DNA of 64,000 bases from a virus (Duplodnaviria > Heunggongvirae > Uroviricota > Caudoviricetes), in IMG/VR virus record IMGVR_UViG_2875703104_000004; one strand, 5' to 3'. Under the pieces are notes generated by a model that was given only the letters and a program-made list of their open reading frames with translations, made no database searches and was not told the DNA's origin. Of the stretch, positions 10,528 to 19,864 are shown piece by piece. The position numbers and the translations under genes were made by a program. Within the stretch, counting starts at the first letter, position 1. Every line of letters starts with the position of its first letter.

Positions 10528-10781
10528 GCGAGGTTAATTATCAGGAAGGGCATGAAACGGCGGGGCAAGCAAAAACAGTGGCATGGCGATATCGCTACGT
10601 GAAAAAAAAGGCGTTACGGACTTTCAGGGGAAGTAGTGGTCTGGTGACTGGAAATATGTACCGAAAAAAGAGGATTGTAACGACAGGCCGAACTATGAAA
10701 TTCAGGCCTTATTCACTGCCCCGCCAGTCCCGGTTACATCAGAAGAACTGGTTAAAGCTGTGCACTTTTATGAACAACTAA
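10524..10781 (+). CDS. Hypothetical basic protein (85 aa)
   Basis: ORF-track ORF, translationally coupled to the previous one; composition unusual. Confidence 0.3.
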   Translation: MSEVNYQEGHETAGQAKTVAWRYRYVKKKALRTFRGSSGLVTGNMYRKKRIVTTGRTMKFRPYSLPRQSRLHQKNWLKLCTFMNN

Positions 10782-11010
10782 AACGCGAAAATCCACCAGC
10801 ATCCGGAAACCTGATTACAGATTCCCAGATAAGGCAATGAGCTACCTGGCGCAGAACGGGCTGATAAGTATGGGGAATGTTTTACGATGAATATTTAGAC
10901 TAAAGAGTTTGTAACGCTATGTAAGTGATTTTTTCTGGTTTAGATATTTATATGTCCGGCCAAACTGAGGTGTGTTTAAATGTAATTGCACATTGATTGT
11001 AGGAGGAATA

Positions 11011-11190
11011 ATGAAAAACGCATTGCAGTTTTTGTTTGTTGCGTTCTGGTTGTTCGTATCATGTATGCCCATCATCTTCACAGCAAGGTATATGGAAAAA
11101 GTTGATGTTTTGATATTAATATTTGGATATATAAATGCCCTTTTTTTAGGGGTGTTCATGGCGGTCATGTGCATTGAATACTGGCGGTAA
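11011..11190 (+). CDS. Small two-helix membrane protein (59 aa; MKNALQFLFVAFWLFVSCMPIIF...)
   Basis: Strong AGGAGG RBS 5 nt upstream; two hydrophobic segments; AT-rich. Confidence 0.55.
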   Translation: MKNALQFLFVAFWLFVSCMPIIFTARYMEKVDVLILIFGYINALFLGVFMAVMCIEYWR

Positions 11191-11339
11191 ATACAGCGAA
11201 CGCCATTGGTTTAGTTGGATATTTACTGTGCCGGACAAAAACGGTTTGCGGGGAAATCTTAGTTAAGTAGAATGACTGCGGGTGCTTGAGGCTATCTGTC
11301 TCAGGCATGAACACCAAAAGGCAGATAGAGAAAAGCCCC

Positions 11340-11450
11340 AGTTAACATTACGCGTCCTGCAAGACGCTTAACATTAATCTGAGGCCATATCTATGCGACA
11401 CATAGAGATTAGCCTCTTACGGACCGAAAGGTCAAGGAGAAGCAGGCTAT
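11340..11450 (-). ncRNA. sok: Expected position of Sok-like antisense RNA / mok leader for the hok locus
   Basis: Inferred from the known organisation of hok/sok loci; boundaries not determined from sequence. Confidence 0.25.
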
Positions 11451-11604
11451 GAAGCAGCAAAAGGCGATGTTAATCGCCCTGATCGTCATCTGTTTAACCG
11501 TCATAGTGACGGCACTGGTAACGAGGAAAGACCTCTGCGAGGTACGAATCCGAACCGGCCAGACGGAGGTCGCTGTCTTCACAGCTTACGAACCTGAGGA
11601 GTAA
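11449..11604 (+). CDS. hok: Hok/Gef-family type I toxin (51 aa; MKQQKAMLIALIVICLTVIVTALVTRKDLCEVRIRTGQTEVAVFTAYEPEE)
   Basis: My own translation (below ORF-track size cut-off); matches the Hok family pattern and, by recall, HokD/RelF. Confidence 0.8.
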   Translation: MKQQKAMLIALIVICLTVIVTALVTRKDLCEVRIRTGQTEVAVFTAYEPEE

Positions 11605-11771
11605 GAGACCTGGCGGGGGAGAAATCCCTCGCCACCTCTGATGTGTCAGGCATCCTCAACGCACCCGCACTTAACCCGCTTCGGCGGGTTTTGTTTTTTC
11701 CTGGCATTCTGGTTTACAATTCGCACGTCAGCCTGAACACCTGACACCTGCTGCGCCAGCAGAGAAAACAG

Positions 11772-12044
11772 ATGGCGCACAAAACCAAATTTCACAATTC
11801 TGATACCGACCTTGCCATCCGGCATGAGCGGCGTTCACACGCATTTAAAACCGACTGGTACCAACACCCACCATGTACTGAAGAACAGGCCGAATGGCTG
11901 ATTCATTCTTACCGCAGGCGCGGGTTCGAGGTTAAGAAAGCTCTCAGTCTCGACTATCGGCACTGGATAATCTCTGTCAGGCTGCCTTATTCCGAACGCC
12001 CACCACGTCCGTCCCGCACTTTCCAGCAACGGATCTGGAGGTAA
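11772..12044 (+). CDS. Hypothetical prophage protein (90 aa)
   Basis: ORF-track ORF directly upstream of the DUF968-like gene. Confidence 0.45.
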   Translation: MAHKTKFHNSDTDLAIRHERRSHAFKTDWYQHPPCTEEQAEWLIHSYRRRGFEVKKALSLDYRHWIISVRLPYSERPPRPSRTFQQRIWR

Positions 12045-12045
12045 C

Positions 12046-13104
12046 GTGCGGGTATTACTTAGACCTGTTCTGGTGCCTGAGCTTGGGCTGGTGGTCCTTA
12101 AGCCGGGCCGTGAATCCATACAGATATTTCATAATCCTCGAGTGCTGGTGGAGCCGGAACCGAAAAGCATGTGCGGCCTGCCATCCGGAGTCGTCCCTGC
12201 CGTTCGCCAGCCGCTGGCGGAGGATAAATCATTACTGCCATTTTTCAGCAATGAGCGTGTGATTCGTGCTGCTGGCGGCGCTGGTGCACTGTCTGACTGG
12301 CTGTTGCGCCATATTAAATCCTGCCAGTGGCCACACGGTGATTATCACCACAGTGAAACCGTCATTCACCGTTATGGTACCGGCGCAATGGTGTTGTGCT
12401 GGCACTGCGACAACCAGTTGTGTGACCAGACCTCAGAATCACTTGAGCAACTTGCTCACCAAAACTTGTCAGCATGGATGATTGACGTCATCCGTCACGC
12501 AATCAGCGGTACGCAGGAGAGGGAGTTATCGCTGGCCGAATTATCCTGGTGGGCGGTCTGCAATCAGGTGGCTGATGCGCTTCCGGAGTCTGTATTGTGT
12601 CGTTCACTGGGATTACCGGTGGAAAAAATCCGCTCCGTATACCGTGAGAGTGACATCGTACCGGGAGAACAGACTGCCACCAGCATACTGAAGCAGCGCA
12701 CAAAAAATATTGCGCTGCCACTTCACGTCCACCAGCAACAGCCCCCACTCCAGGAAAAGACGTTAGTAAGCATCGCCGTTGATCCGGAGTCTCCGGCTCA
12801 GTATCTCCAGCGCCAGAAACCACAACGGGAAGAGATGCCTGTATACACGCGCTGGGTAAAAACGCAGAAATGCATGACGTGCGGTAATCAGGCAGATGAT
12901 CCGCATCACATCATTGATCATGGCCTGGGAGGTATGGGAACAAAGGCTGATGATTTGTTTGTTATTCCGCTGTGCCGTAAATGTCATAACGAACTGCACG
13001 CCGGGGTAAAAGATTTTGAAGAAAAACACGGCAGCCAGCTGTTGTTGCTGATTCGTTTTTTAATGCACGCGAGAAATTCGGGTGTCCTGAAGTGGAAAGC
13101 ATGA
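12046..13104 (+). CDS. YdfU/DUF968-like prophage protein with C-terminal HNH-type Cys/His motif
   Basis: 352-aa ORF; C-terminus CMTCGN...DPHHIIDHG...CRKCHNELH; placed before rusA as in Qin-type prophages (recall). Confidence 0.6.
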   Translation: MRVLLRPVLVPELGLVVLKPGRESIQIFHNPRVLVEPEPKSMCGLPSGVVPAVRQPLAEDKSLLPFFSNERVIRAAGGAGALSDWLLRHIKSCQWPHGDYHHSETVIHRYGTGAMVLCWHCDNQLCDQTSESLEQLAHQNLSAWMIDVIRHAISGTQERELSLAELSWWAVCNQVADALPESVLCRSLGLPVEKIRSVYRESDIVPGEQTATSILKQRTKNIALPLHVHQQQPPLQEKTLVSIAVDPESPAQYLQRQKPQREEMPVYTRWVKTQKCMTCGNQADDPHHIIDHGLGGMGTKADDLFVIPLCRKCHNELHAGVKDFEEKHGSQLLLLIRFLMHARNSGVLKWKA

Positions 13105-13485
13105 ATGACTGAACGCATAGAATTTGTTTTGCCTTACCCGCCGACGGTGAATACCTACTGGCGACGTCATGGCAATACGTATTTCATCTCGGAGGCCGGA
13201 AAGCGTTATCGCCGTGATGTGGCGCTAATTGTTCGCCAGCAGCGGCTGAAATTAAACCTGTCCGGAAGGCTGGCGATAAAGGTGATTGCAGAGCCACCGG
13301 ATAAGCGTCGTCGCGACCTGGACAATATCCTGAAAGCACCGCTGGATGCGCTGACGCATGCGGGAGTGTTAATGGACGATGAGCAGTTTGATGAAATCAA
13401 TATCGTTCGTGGTCAGCCAGTATCTGGTGGACGTATGGGGGTGAAGATTTACCCCATAATGCATGAAGAGCAGGTCAAAAAATGA
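13105..13485 (+). CDS. rusA: RusA-family Holliday junction resolvase (126 aa)
   Basis: LPYPPTVNTYWRRHGNTYFISEAGKRYRRDV...RRRDLDNILKAPLDALTHAGVLMDDEQ parallels E. coli RusA, which also occurs at 33441-33803 in this window. Confidence 0.85.
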   Translation: MTERIEFVLPYPPTVNTYWRRHGNTYFISEAGKRYRRDVALIVRQQRLKLNLSGRLAIKVIAEPPDKRRRDLDNILKAPLDALTHAGVLMDDEQFDEINIVRGQPVSGGRMGVKIYPIMHEEQVKK

Positions 13486-14037
13486 AACTGGAAGATTTAC
13501 CGAAATACTACTCCCCAAAATCCCCTGGCCTGACCGATGCATCGGCCTCAACGTCAAAAGATGCGCTGAGTATCACTGATGTGATGGCCGCGCAGGGCAT
13601 GACACAGAATCGGGCTGNGAAAGCGTTATCGCCGTGATGTGGCGCTTATTGTTCGCCAGCAGCGGCTGAAATTAAGCCTGTCCGGAAGGCTGGCGATAAA
13701 GGTGATTGCAGAGCCACCGGATAAGCGTCGTCGCGACCTGGACAATATCCTGAAAGCACCGCTGGATGCGCTGACGCATGCGGGAGTGTTAATGGACGAT
13801 GAGCAGTTTGATGAAATCAATATCGTTCGTGGTCAGCCAGTATCTGGTGGACGTNTGGGGGTGAAGATTTACCCCATAATGCATNAAGAGCAGGTCAAAA
13901 AATGAAACTGGAAGATTTACCGAAATACTACTCCCCAAAATCCCCTGGCCTGACCGATGCATCGGCCTCAACGTCAAAAGATGCGCTGAGTATCACTGAT
14001 GTGATGGCCGCGCAGGGCATGACACAGAATCGGGCTG
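13199..14037. repeat. Tandem duplication of about 419 bp (13199-13617, 13619-14037) joined by an N at 13618
   Basis: Seen directly; second copy carries extra Ns; duplicates the rusA 3' end and Q 5' end; likely a join artefact. Confidence 0.85.
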
Positions 14038-14365
14038 AGATGGGNTTTTCTGCGTTCCTGGGGAAAATGGGCATCAGTATGAATGACAGGGCGCGGGCAA
14101 CAGAATTACTGGCAGATTATGCACTCAGTCGGTGCGATCGTGTGGCGGCGTTGAGAAAACTTCCGGCAGAAATAAAACCGGTAGTGATGCGCATTATGGC
14201 TTCGTACGCTTTTGAGGATTATGCCCGCAGCGCAGCGAGTAAAAAGCAGTGCCCTTGTTGCTATGGGGAAAAATTTATTGAAAGCGTAGTTTTTACAAAC
14301 AAGGTCCAGTATCCGGATGGTAAGCCGCCGGTATGGGCAAAGTGTACGAAAGGTGTGTATTCGTC
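13903..14365 (+). CDS. Q: Lambda-Q-like late antiterminator, 3' end cut off at the N at 14366 (an N-terminal copy also at 13483-13617)
   Basis: KYYSPKSPGLTD...LSITDVMAAQGMTQNRA...CPCCYG resembles lambda Q (FHSPKSP...DVMAAMGM...) by recall. Confidence 0.6.
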
Positions 14366-14366
14366 N
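14366..14366. other. Probable contig junction (single N) between the phage Q gene and a truncated chromosomal/island gene
   Basis: Coding frame of Q and of the opposing SitA-like gene both terminate at this N. Confidence 0.7.
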
Positions 14367-14917
14367 AGTTCCGTAATCTGCTTACGCAGGGGGGCAAGGG
14401 TTTGGGTAATCTTGGCTTTATAAGTATCGGCATTGCGTTGGTAGGTTTGTGCATTTGCCGGATCGTATTTTATCAACGCATCACGAATATTATCGACGTA
14501 AATCAGAGCATTATCTGGCGACATCCATGCATGGGGGTTAGGTTTGCCCTCATAGGGTCCTTCGGTGATCCCTACAGGCGTCACACCCGAAGAGACAATT
14601 ACTTCTGGAACCCCATTGAGATGCTGGTAAAAGCGTTGGAACCACAATTCCAGATTCATACCATTGGCGAGAATCAGTTGTGCCCCCTGCGCACGTTTAA
14701 TATCGCCAGGGGTAGGCTGATACTCATGAATTTCTGCACCAGGCTTGGTTATGGATGAGACTTCTGCAGCATCTCCCGCCACGTTTTTGGCCATATCCGC
14801 GATGATGGTAAATGTTGTAATGACCTTGAATTTTTCAGTTGCACTTGCCTGAAATGCGATCGAGCAGGTGAGTGCGAGGCCCCCCAAGAGCATGGTTACT
14901 TTTTTTATCGAGTGCAT
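14367..14917 (-). CDS. N-terminal 183 aa of a SitA/YfeA/MntC-family Mn/Fe ABC-transporter periplasmic binding protein (truncated at the junction)
   Basis: Signal peptide MHSIKKVTMLLGGLALTCSIAFQASA then TroA-like region EKFKVITTFTIIADMAK...EIHEYQPTPGDIKRA...NPHAWMSP. Confidence 0.7.
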
Positions 14918-15603
14918 AATTTAGTACCTATAGTGAGCAAAATTAGAACAAACATAGCAACGGCTATGTTTTATAGCACAACCTATACAAAATGAAAATG
15001 ATTATCATTAGCGGTTTTGAGGCCCAAAACAGGGATTAGGTTGTTTCCGGCTGGCGACGCGTTATTGAGGAAAAAAGTAAGGCAGCTAGTAGGCTTTGAA
15101 ATAACGTTTTGCGGTTGGCTGATGCAATTTCGAGAGTGCATGTATTGAATGATTTCTAGCCGTTACTGATTTTCGTATTTTTTGTATGGGAGGATTTGCA
15201 CCTCTCCCCACCGAGCCTCCATGACTTTACTCCACTGTCTCTAGGGCTGCTGTGTGCCAGGAGCGGAAGCAGGGGGGCCAGAGACTCCTTAAAAGTTGAT
15301 AGCTCGTTTTGCAGGGAGACTTACACGGTAAGCGTTATTCCGAAGAGCTTAAAATTGAAGCAGTCAAACGGGTTGTTGAGCGTGTTTATGCGCTGCCATC
15401 TGATTAATCGACGGAAGCAGTTCCGTTTGGTCTATGATGCAGTTGTCCGGCAGGCGCTCTGTGACGCAAAAGAACGATAGGAGTAGCATTGAAGTGAACG
15501 AGGTTATGCTTGTCTTATATTATCCTCTATTTTAAAAACATCAGCTGGTTGTGTAAGAGTTTTTATTGTTTTATCTTGTTGACTTTGCTTTTATGAAAAC
15601 AGA

Positions 15604-16374
15604 GTGATTGATACAATGAAAACCTTAAGTGGGAAAGAGTTTAGGAAATTATTTAATCGTTATGAGACAGGATTCTATCTAAGTGAGTTTGAATACTTAA
15701 AGGACTTTGATCCTTTGTTTCCTGAATGCGTAGGGAAAGAATTAAAGTTGGGTTATAAACGAAAAGTTGATGTATGGTGCGAAGAGGATGCTGCGCTATA
15801 TGCAGAATTTATAGCTACAAAAGAAAGGCTGAAAAGAGGCCGGTTAATCCTAAAAATAAACCAAGTGTGGTCGCGTGTATATCCTGCTTATATTTATGCA
15901 ATTGAAGAAAGAATAAATGTCAGGGCAAAGGGGAGAGAGTCATTTAAGTATGAAACTGTGCAAGAAAAACAATGTAAACTTTCCATAATGTTAGATGGTC
16001 TGAAAGACCTTGAATGTGAAATAGCTATGATTTCAAGTGAGTTTGAAATTGAAAAACACTCTATGCACTATTTTTATATGATTTTTGATATTGAACGCTA
16101 TATAAATGACTGCAGTTACTTTGTTTTTTCTGCTGCTAAAGTTGTTAAAGGCGTGATTCAATGCATTGGTTACATTGACAAAAATAACAAAGCAAGTTGC
16201 GATGAATTTTATTCAGGCAGCTATGAATGCTTGGATGATGATCAGGAAACACTGAACTATTTAAATGAATCATGCGCAGAGGGTATAGACGCTGATAAAG
16301 ATCTCATCAGGAAGAATGAGTTATTAGCCTTATCCCTGAAGGAATTGTATCAACTTCTCGTTTCAAAAAAATAA
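15604..16374 (+). CDS. Hypothetical protein (256 aa), AT-rich, function unknown
   Basis: ORF-track ORF, low GC relative to prophage DNA; no motif recognised. Confidence 0.5.
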   Translation: MIDTMKTLSGKEFRKLFNRYETGFYLSEFEYLKDFDPLFPECVGKELKLGYKRKVDVWCEEDAALYAEFIATKERLKRGRLILKINQVWSRVYPAYIYAIEERINVRAKGRESFKYETVQEKQCKLSIMLDGLKDLECEIAMISSEFEIEKHSMHYFYMIFDIERYINDCSYFVFSAAKVVKGVIQCIGYIDKNNKASCDEFYSGSYECLDDDQETLNYLNESCAEGIDADKDLIRKNELLALSLKELYQLLVSKK

Positions 16375-16832
16375 CAAGTAATACGGCGAGCGATATGACG
16401 TGCCATGGGATATCCGCACCCAGCAGCATGTTGTCTCCACGATGTCCGCAGTTCGCTCATAATAGACATTCACTACAGTTATAGTAGAAGGTATGCATGC
16501 TGCTGAGTGGGGAAAGTGTGAAAGAAAAGAAGACAGCTGCTTTGTTTGTCGTCACGTTTATCTTCATTGGCTATGCAAGTCGTAATACAAGGCGGGACAA
16601 AACTGAGACACATAAGGCCTCGCAATGGCTTGCAAGGCCACACATGTATTGAGATGTTAATAAAATGTAGACTTGTAATTTTGATATAAATGGTAGAGAA
16701 AATCTTTCCCCAAAATAAAAACGAACGTCAATGAAATCAAACGGTTGAATAAAGTTGATTTTGGCTAATACAAAGACAAGAAAATAATATTTATGATTAA
16801 ATATCAGCGAGTTGAATACATAATTTTTATAT

Positions 16833-16998
16833 ACTGCTGCGCCACATGGGTTGGACCGAAGCGGCTGATTTAATTGTTAAAGGTATGGAAGGCGCAATCA
16901 ATGCGAAGACCGTAACCTATGACTTCGAACGTCTGATGGAAGGCGCTAAACTGTTGAAATGTTCAGAGTTTGGTGACGCGATCATCAAGAATATGTAA
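16833..16998 (+). pseudogene. icd: Displaced 3' fragment of icd (isocitrate dehydrogenase), last about 54 codons
   Basis: Translation [55 protein letters not shown] matches the Icd C-terminus by recall; no icd sequence upstream of 16833. Confidence 0.85.
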
Positions 16999-17021
16999 TC
17001 ACTACATGTGTTAAATATTAT

Positions 17022-17052
17022 AACGGGCGTATAACACGCCCGTTGTTTTTTG
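17022..17052 (+). terminator. Rho-independent terminator (icd terminator)
   Basis: Hairpin acgggcgt-ataa-cacgcccgt followed by TTTTTTGTT immediately after the icd stop. Confidence 0.7.
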
Positions 17053-17434
17053 TTAGCCTGCTAACGGTTATCAAAATTTTATCAAAATAAGTTATCAAAA
17101 CCCCTTGGTTGTTGGGGGGCTGCCAGATGGCAGTTCTCCTGCTAGGTTCCCTCGGGGCATTCCTCAGCTTTTTATTATTGCTGGTGGATGGCCGTTAATA
17201 TTTAAGATCTGTTATGCGCCAGACGCTGTGCTTACTAGAATATTGTTGTGTCAAATGGTTTGGTATACTCTGATTGTGGCTAATATGTAAATCATTTTAA
17301 CTAATAATTAAAATTTCTGAGGGTACTCGAGTTTTCTTATATATTTAACTTTCTCGCAATATACATTTACGTTTCTGTTGTTGTTTTTGATATAATTCAA
17401 TGAGTCTCAACAAAACAAGATTTTCGGAAATTAT

Positions 17435-18952
17435 ATGGATATCATTATTGTACCCCGAGACCAACGTATTCCTGCCTCAGGCATTAGTACGGCTTACTTG
17501 CATGTGGATCATTGGAATGACTTTTCATTCATTACAATGTTTTACATGTATCTGTTTGATCAGAAAGGTGAACGCCATGAAATTGGGAATGTCAAGATTG
17601 GTTTTCAAGGACAAACAACTCAACAATCAACTTACTCCACATTAGGGGACAGGTTTAAAATTCTCCCAGAAGGATATTTTTCCGTTGGTCAGGATGTCGA
17701 CTATTATCAGAGGATTTCAAATTTACCAGAATCCGTCAAAGTTTCGTTACTTGAGGCGCTCAAAGATATTGCTTATACGCCAGAACTTATAGATTTCGTT
17801 AAGAATGAAGCGGTCTTTAAAACGTCTTTGCTTCGGTATGTTAGCCTGTCTGTTATTAAAGGACAGTTTGCGCGAGTGCTTGAGGGAAAGGGTCCACTGA
17901 CTAATTTTGAGTTTAAGTTCATTCGCCCTGCACAAGACAAAATTTCCGATATTGAATTATCATTTAAGGTAAAAGTAGGAGAAAAACCAAGTACCAATAT
18001 TCATGCGATCATAGGTCGTAATGGTGTGGGGAAAACGACGATTCTAAATGGAATGATTGAAGCTGTTACCAGTAAAGGTACGTCGAACGCAAAATTTTAT
18101 GATCTGGAGGGGTGGAGAGAAGACCCGATTGATAATGATTACTTTAGTAGTTTAGTCTCTGTGTCATTTAGCGCATTCGATCCATTCGAGCCACCAAGTG
18201 AACAACCTGATCCATCAAAGGGAACTTGCTACTTCTATATAGGTTTGAAAAAAAAAGGAGAGTCGCTGAAAGGGCTAAATGATATTCATGAAGACTTTCT
18301 AGAAGCTTTGACGCTATGCTTTAGCCAGCATCCTAAGCGTGAAAGATGGCTGAAGGCCATTGATACTTTGGAGTCTGATGAAAATTTTGCAAGCATGGAG
18401 CTGAAAAATCTAGCGGAATACAATGATGAGATGCTCGTTAGTAATGCACGGAAATGTATAAAAAGGATGAGTTCCGGTCATGCGGTTGTGTTATTAACAC
18501 TCACACGTTTAGTCGCAACGGTAGAAGAAAAAACGTTAGTGCTAATTGATGAACCAGAGAGCCATCTTCATCCTCCGTTGCTGTCTGCTTTTATTCGTGC
18601 GCTGTCTGATTTGCTACTTGACAGAAATGGTCTTTCTATTATTGCTACTCACTCACCTGTGGTACTTCAAGAGGTCCCTAAACGATGTGTTTGGAAAATT
18701 AATCGTTCTAGATTATCTACCGAATCTCGCAGGCCAGACATTGAAACATTTGGTGAGAATGTAGGAATCTTAACAAGAGAGGTGTTTGGTCTTGAAGTTG
18801 TCAAATCTGGTTTTCACGATTTATTAGTCCAATCAGTTAAGTCAGGTGGAACATATGAGGAGATAGTTGATGAGTATCGTAACCAGCTTGGTGTTGAAGC
18901 TCGAGCTCTATTAAAAGCGCTTGTCACACACAGAGATCGGAGTGTTAAGTAA
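17435..18952 (+). CDS. ABC-type (AAA_15/AAA_21-like) ATPase with a 190-aa N-terminal domain of unknown function; first gene of a candidate defence pair
   Basis: 505-aa ORF; Walker A IIGRNGVGKTT, Walker B/D-loop LVLIDEPESHLHPPL, H-loop ATHSP; stop overlaps the start of the next gene (TAATG). Confidence 0.8.
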   Translation: MDIIIVPRDQRIPASGISTAYLHVDHWNDFSFITMFYMYLFDQKGERHEIGNVKIGFQGQTTQQSTYSTLGDRFKILPEGYFSVGQDVDYYQRISNLPESVKVSLLEALKDIAYTPELIDFVKNEAVFKTSLLRYVSLSVIKGQFARVLEGKGPLTNFEFKFIRPAQDKISDIELSFKVKVGEKPSTNIHAIIGRNGVGKTTILNGMIEAVTSKGTSNAKFYDLEGWREDPIDNDYFSSLVSVSFSAFDPFEPPSEQPDPSKGTCYFYIGLKKKGESLKGLNDIHEDFLEALTLCFSQHPKRERWLKAIDTLESDENFASMELKNLAEYNDEMLVSNARKCIKRMSSGHAVVLLTLTRLVATVEEKTLVLIDEPESHLHPPLLSAFIRALSDLLLDRNGLSIIATHSPVVLQEVPKRCVWKINRSRLSTESRRPDIETFGENVGILTREVFGLEVVKSGFHDLLVQSVKSGGTYEEIVDEYRNQLGVEARALLKALVTHRDRSVK

Positions 18953-19809
18953 TGTTGAAACTTAAACAACCTGCTTACACATATGCCGATATGCTGACTA
19001 GTTGCCGCGAAGGCATAACCGGTAATCCGGGCTTGTTGCTGAAAGTAAATGAAGCAATAACTGATTTGCAAACACTGGCAGCTTCATATAGCGCATCGGC
19101 ATCAACTGGTGAGCTTTATACAATACAACCATTGAAAAACAAAGATAAGGAAGACCCTATTGTTGTCGGTCGGTTAAAGAAATCTGACTTTGTTAAGCTT
19201 TATGGCAATTATGTTGTTGGGAAGAAAAAGCCTGCTCGAGCTATTTATGATTCCCTGATTACTGCTGCTAATGAAAAATGTCCATATTGTGGTGGAATTG
19301 GGCGCCCTCGAAATTTAGATCATTATTTGCCTAAAGCTTACTATCCTCAGTTTTCTATATTGCCAGTTAATCTGGTGCCTGCTTGTCGAGACTGTAATAT
19401 GGATGGCAAAGGGGAAGTTTTTGCAAGAAATGAAGCAGAACAGATCATACATCCCTATTTAGACGATAGCCGTTATTATGATGAACAGTGGATATCGGCT
19501 AGATACTTGGCTGGCAAAAATGATGAGCCAGGAGTTATTGAGTATTTTGTTTCTCCACCGGCTGATTGGGATGAAGCACACAAACAAAGAGTGGAAAAAC
19601 ATTTTAACGATTTTGATTTGTCTTTAAGATATTCGAAAGAGGCTAGTGCGAGATTAGTTGTACTTTTAGCTCTATATAACTCAGTGCTACCACTCTCCAG
19701 AGATAAAAATGCTGCTAAACACCTTATATTTCAAACAATAATTAATAAATCGCCTTTTGTGAATCATTGGGAACGGGTTATGTGTTTGGCTCTTATGTCA
19801 GACTTGTAG
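18952..19809 (+). CDS. HNH endonuclease-motif protein (285 aa); second gene of the candidate defence pair
   Basis: CPYCGG...LDHYLPKAYYP...N...PACRDCN, a zinc-finger HNH signature; translationally coupled to the ATPase gene. Confidence 0.8.
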   Translation: MLKLKQPAYTYADMLTSCREGITGNPGLLLKVNEAITDLQTLAASYSASASTGELYTIQPLKNKDKEDPIVVGRLKKSDFVKLYGNYVVGKKKPARAIYDSLITAANEKCPYCGGIGRPRNLDHYLPKAYYPQFSILPVNLVPACRDCNMDGKGEVFARNEAEQIIHPYLDDSRYYDEQWISARYLAGKNDEPGVIEYFVSPPADWDEAHKQRVEKHFNDFDLSLRYSKEASARLVVLLALYNSVLPLSRDKNAAKHLIFQTIINKSPFVNHWERVMCLALMSDL

Positions 19810-19864
19810 TAATGCTTGAAGTTTTTATTTCTGTTCTAATTTCGTAGTTCCATTTTATTAAATA

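Noticed and set aside
12266-12823. ORFs of 69-106 aa in alternative frames and strands within the DUF968-like gene
   Set aside because: Nested in a longer, motif-bearing ORF; no independent start signals.
14367-14917. Annotating a complete sit-type metal-uptake operon
   Set aside because: Only the first 183 codons of the binding-protein gene are present; the frame ends at the N at 14366.
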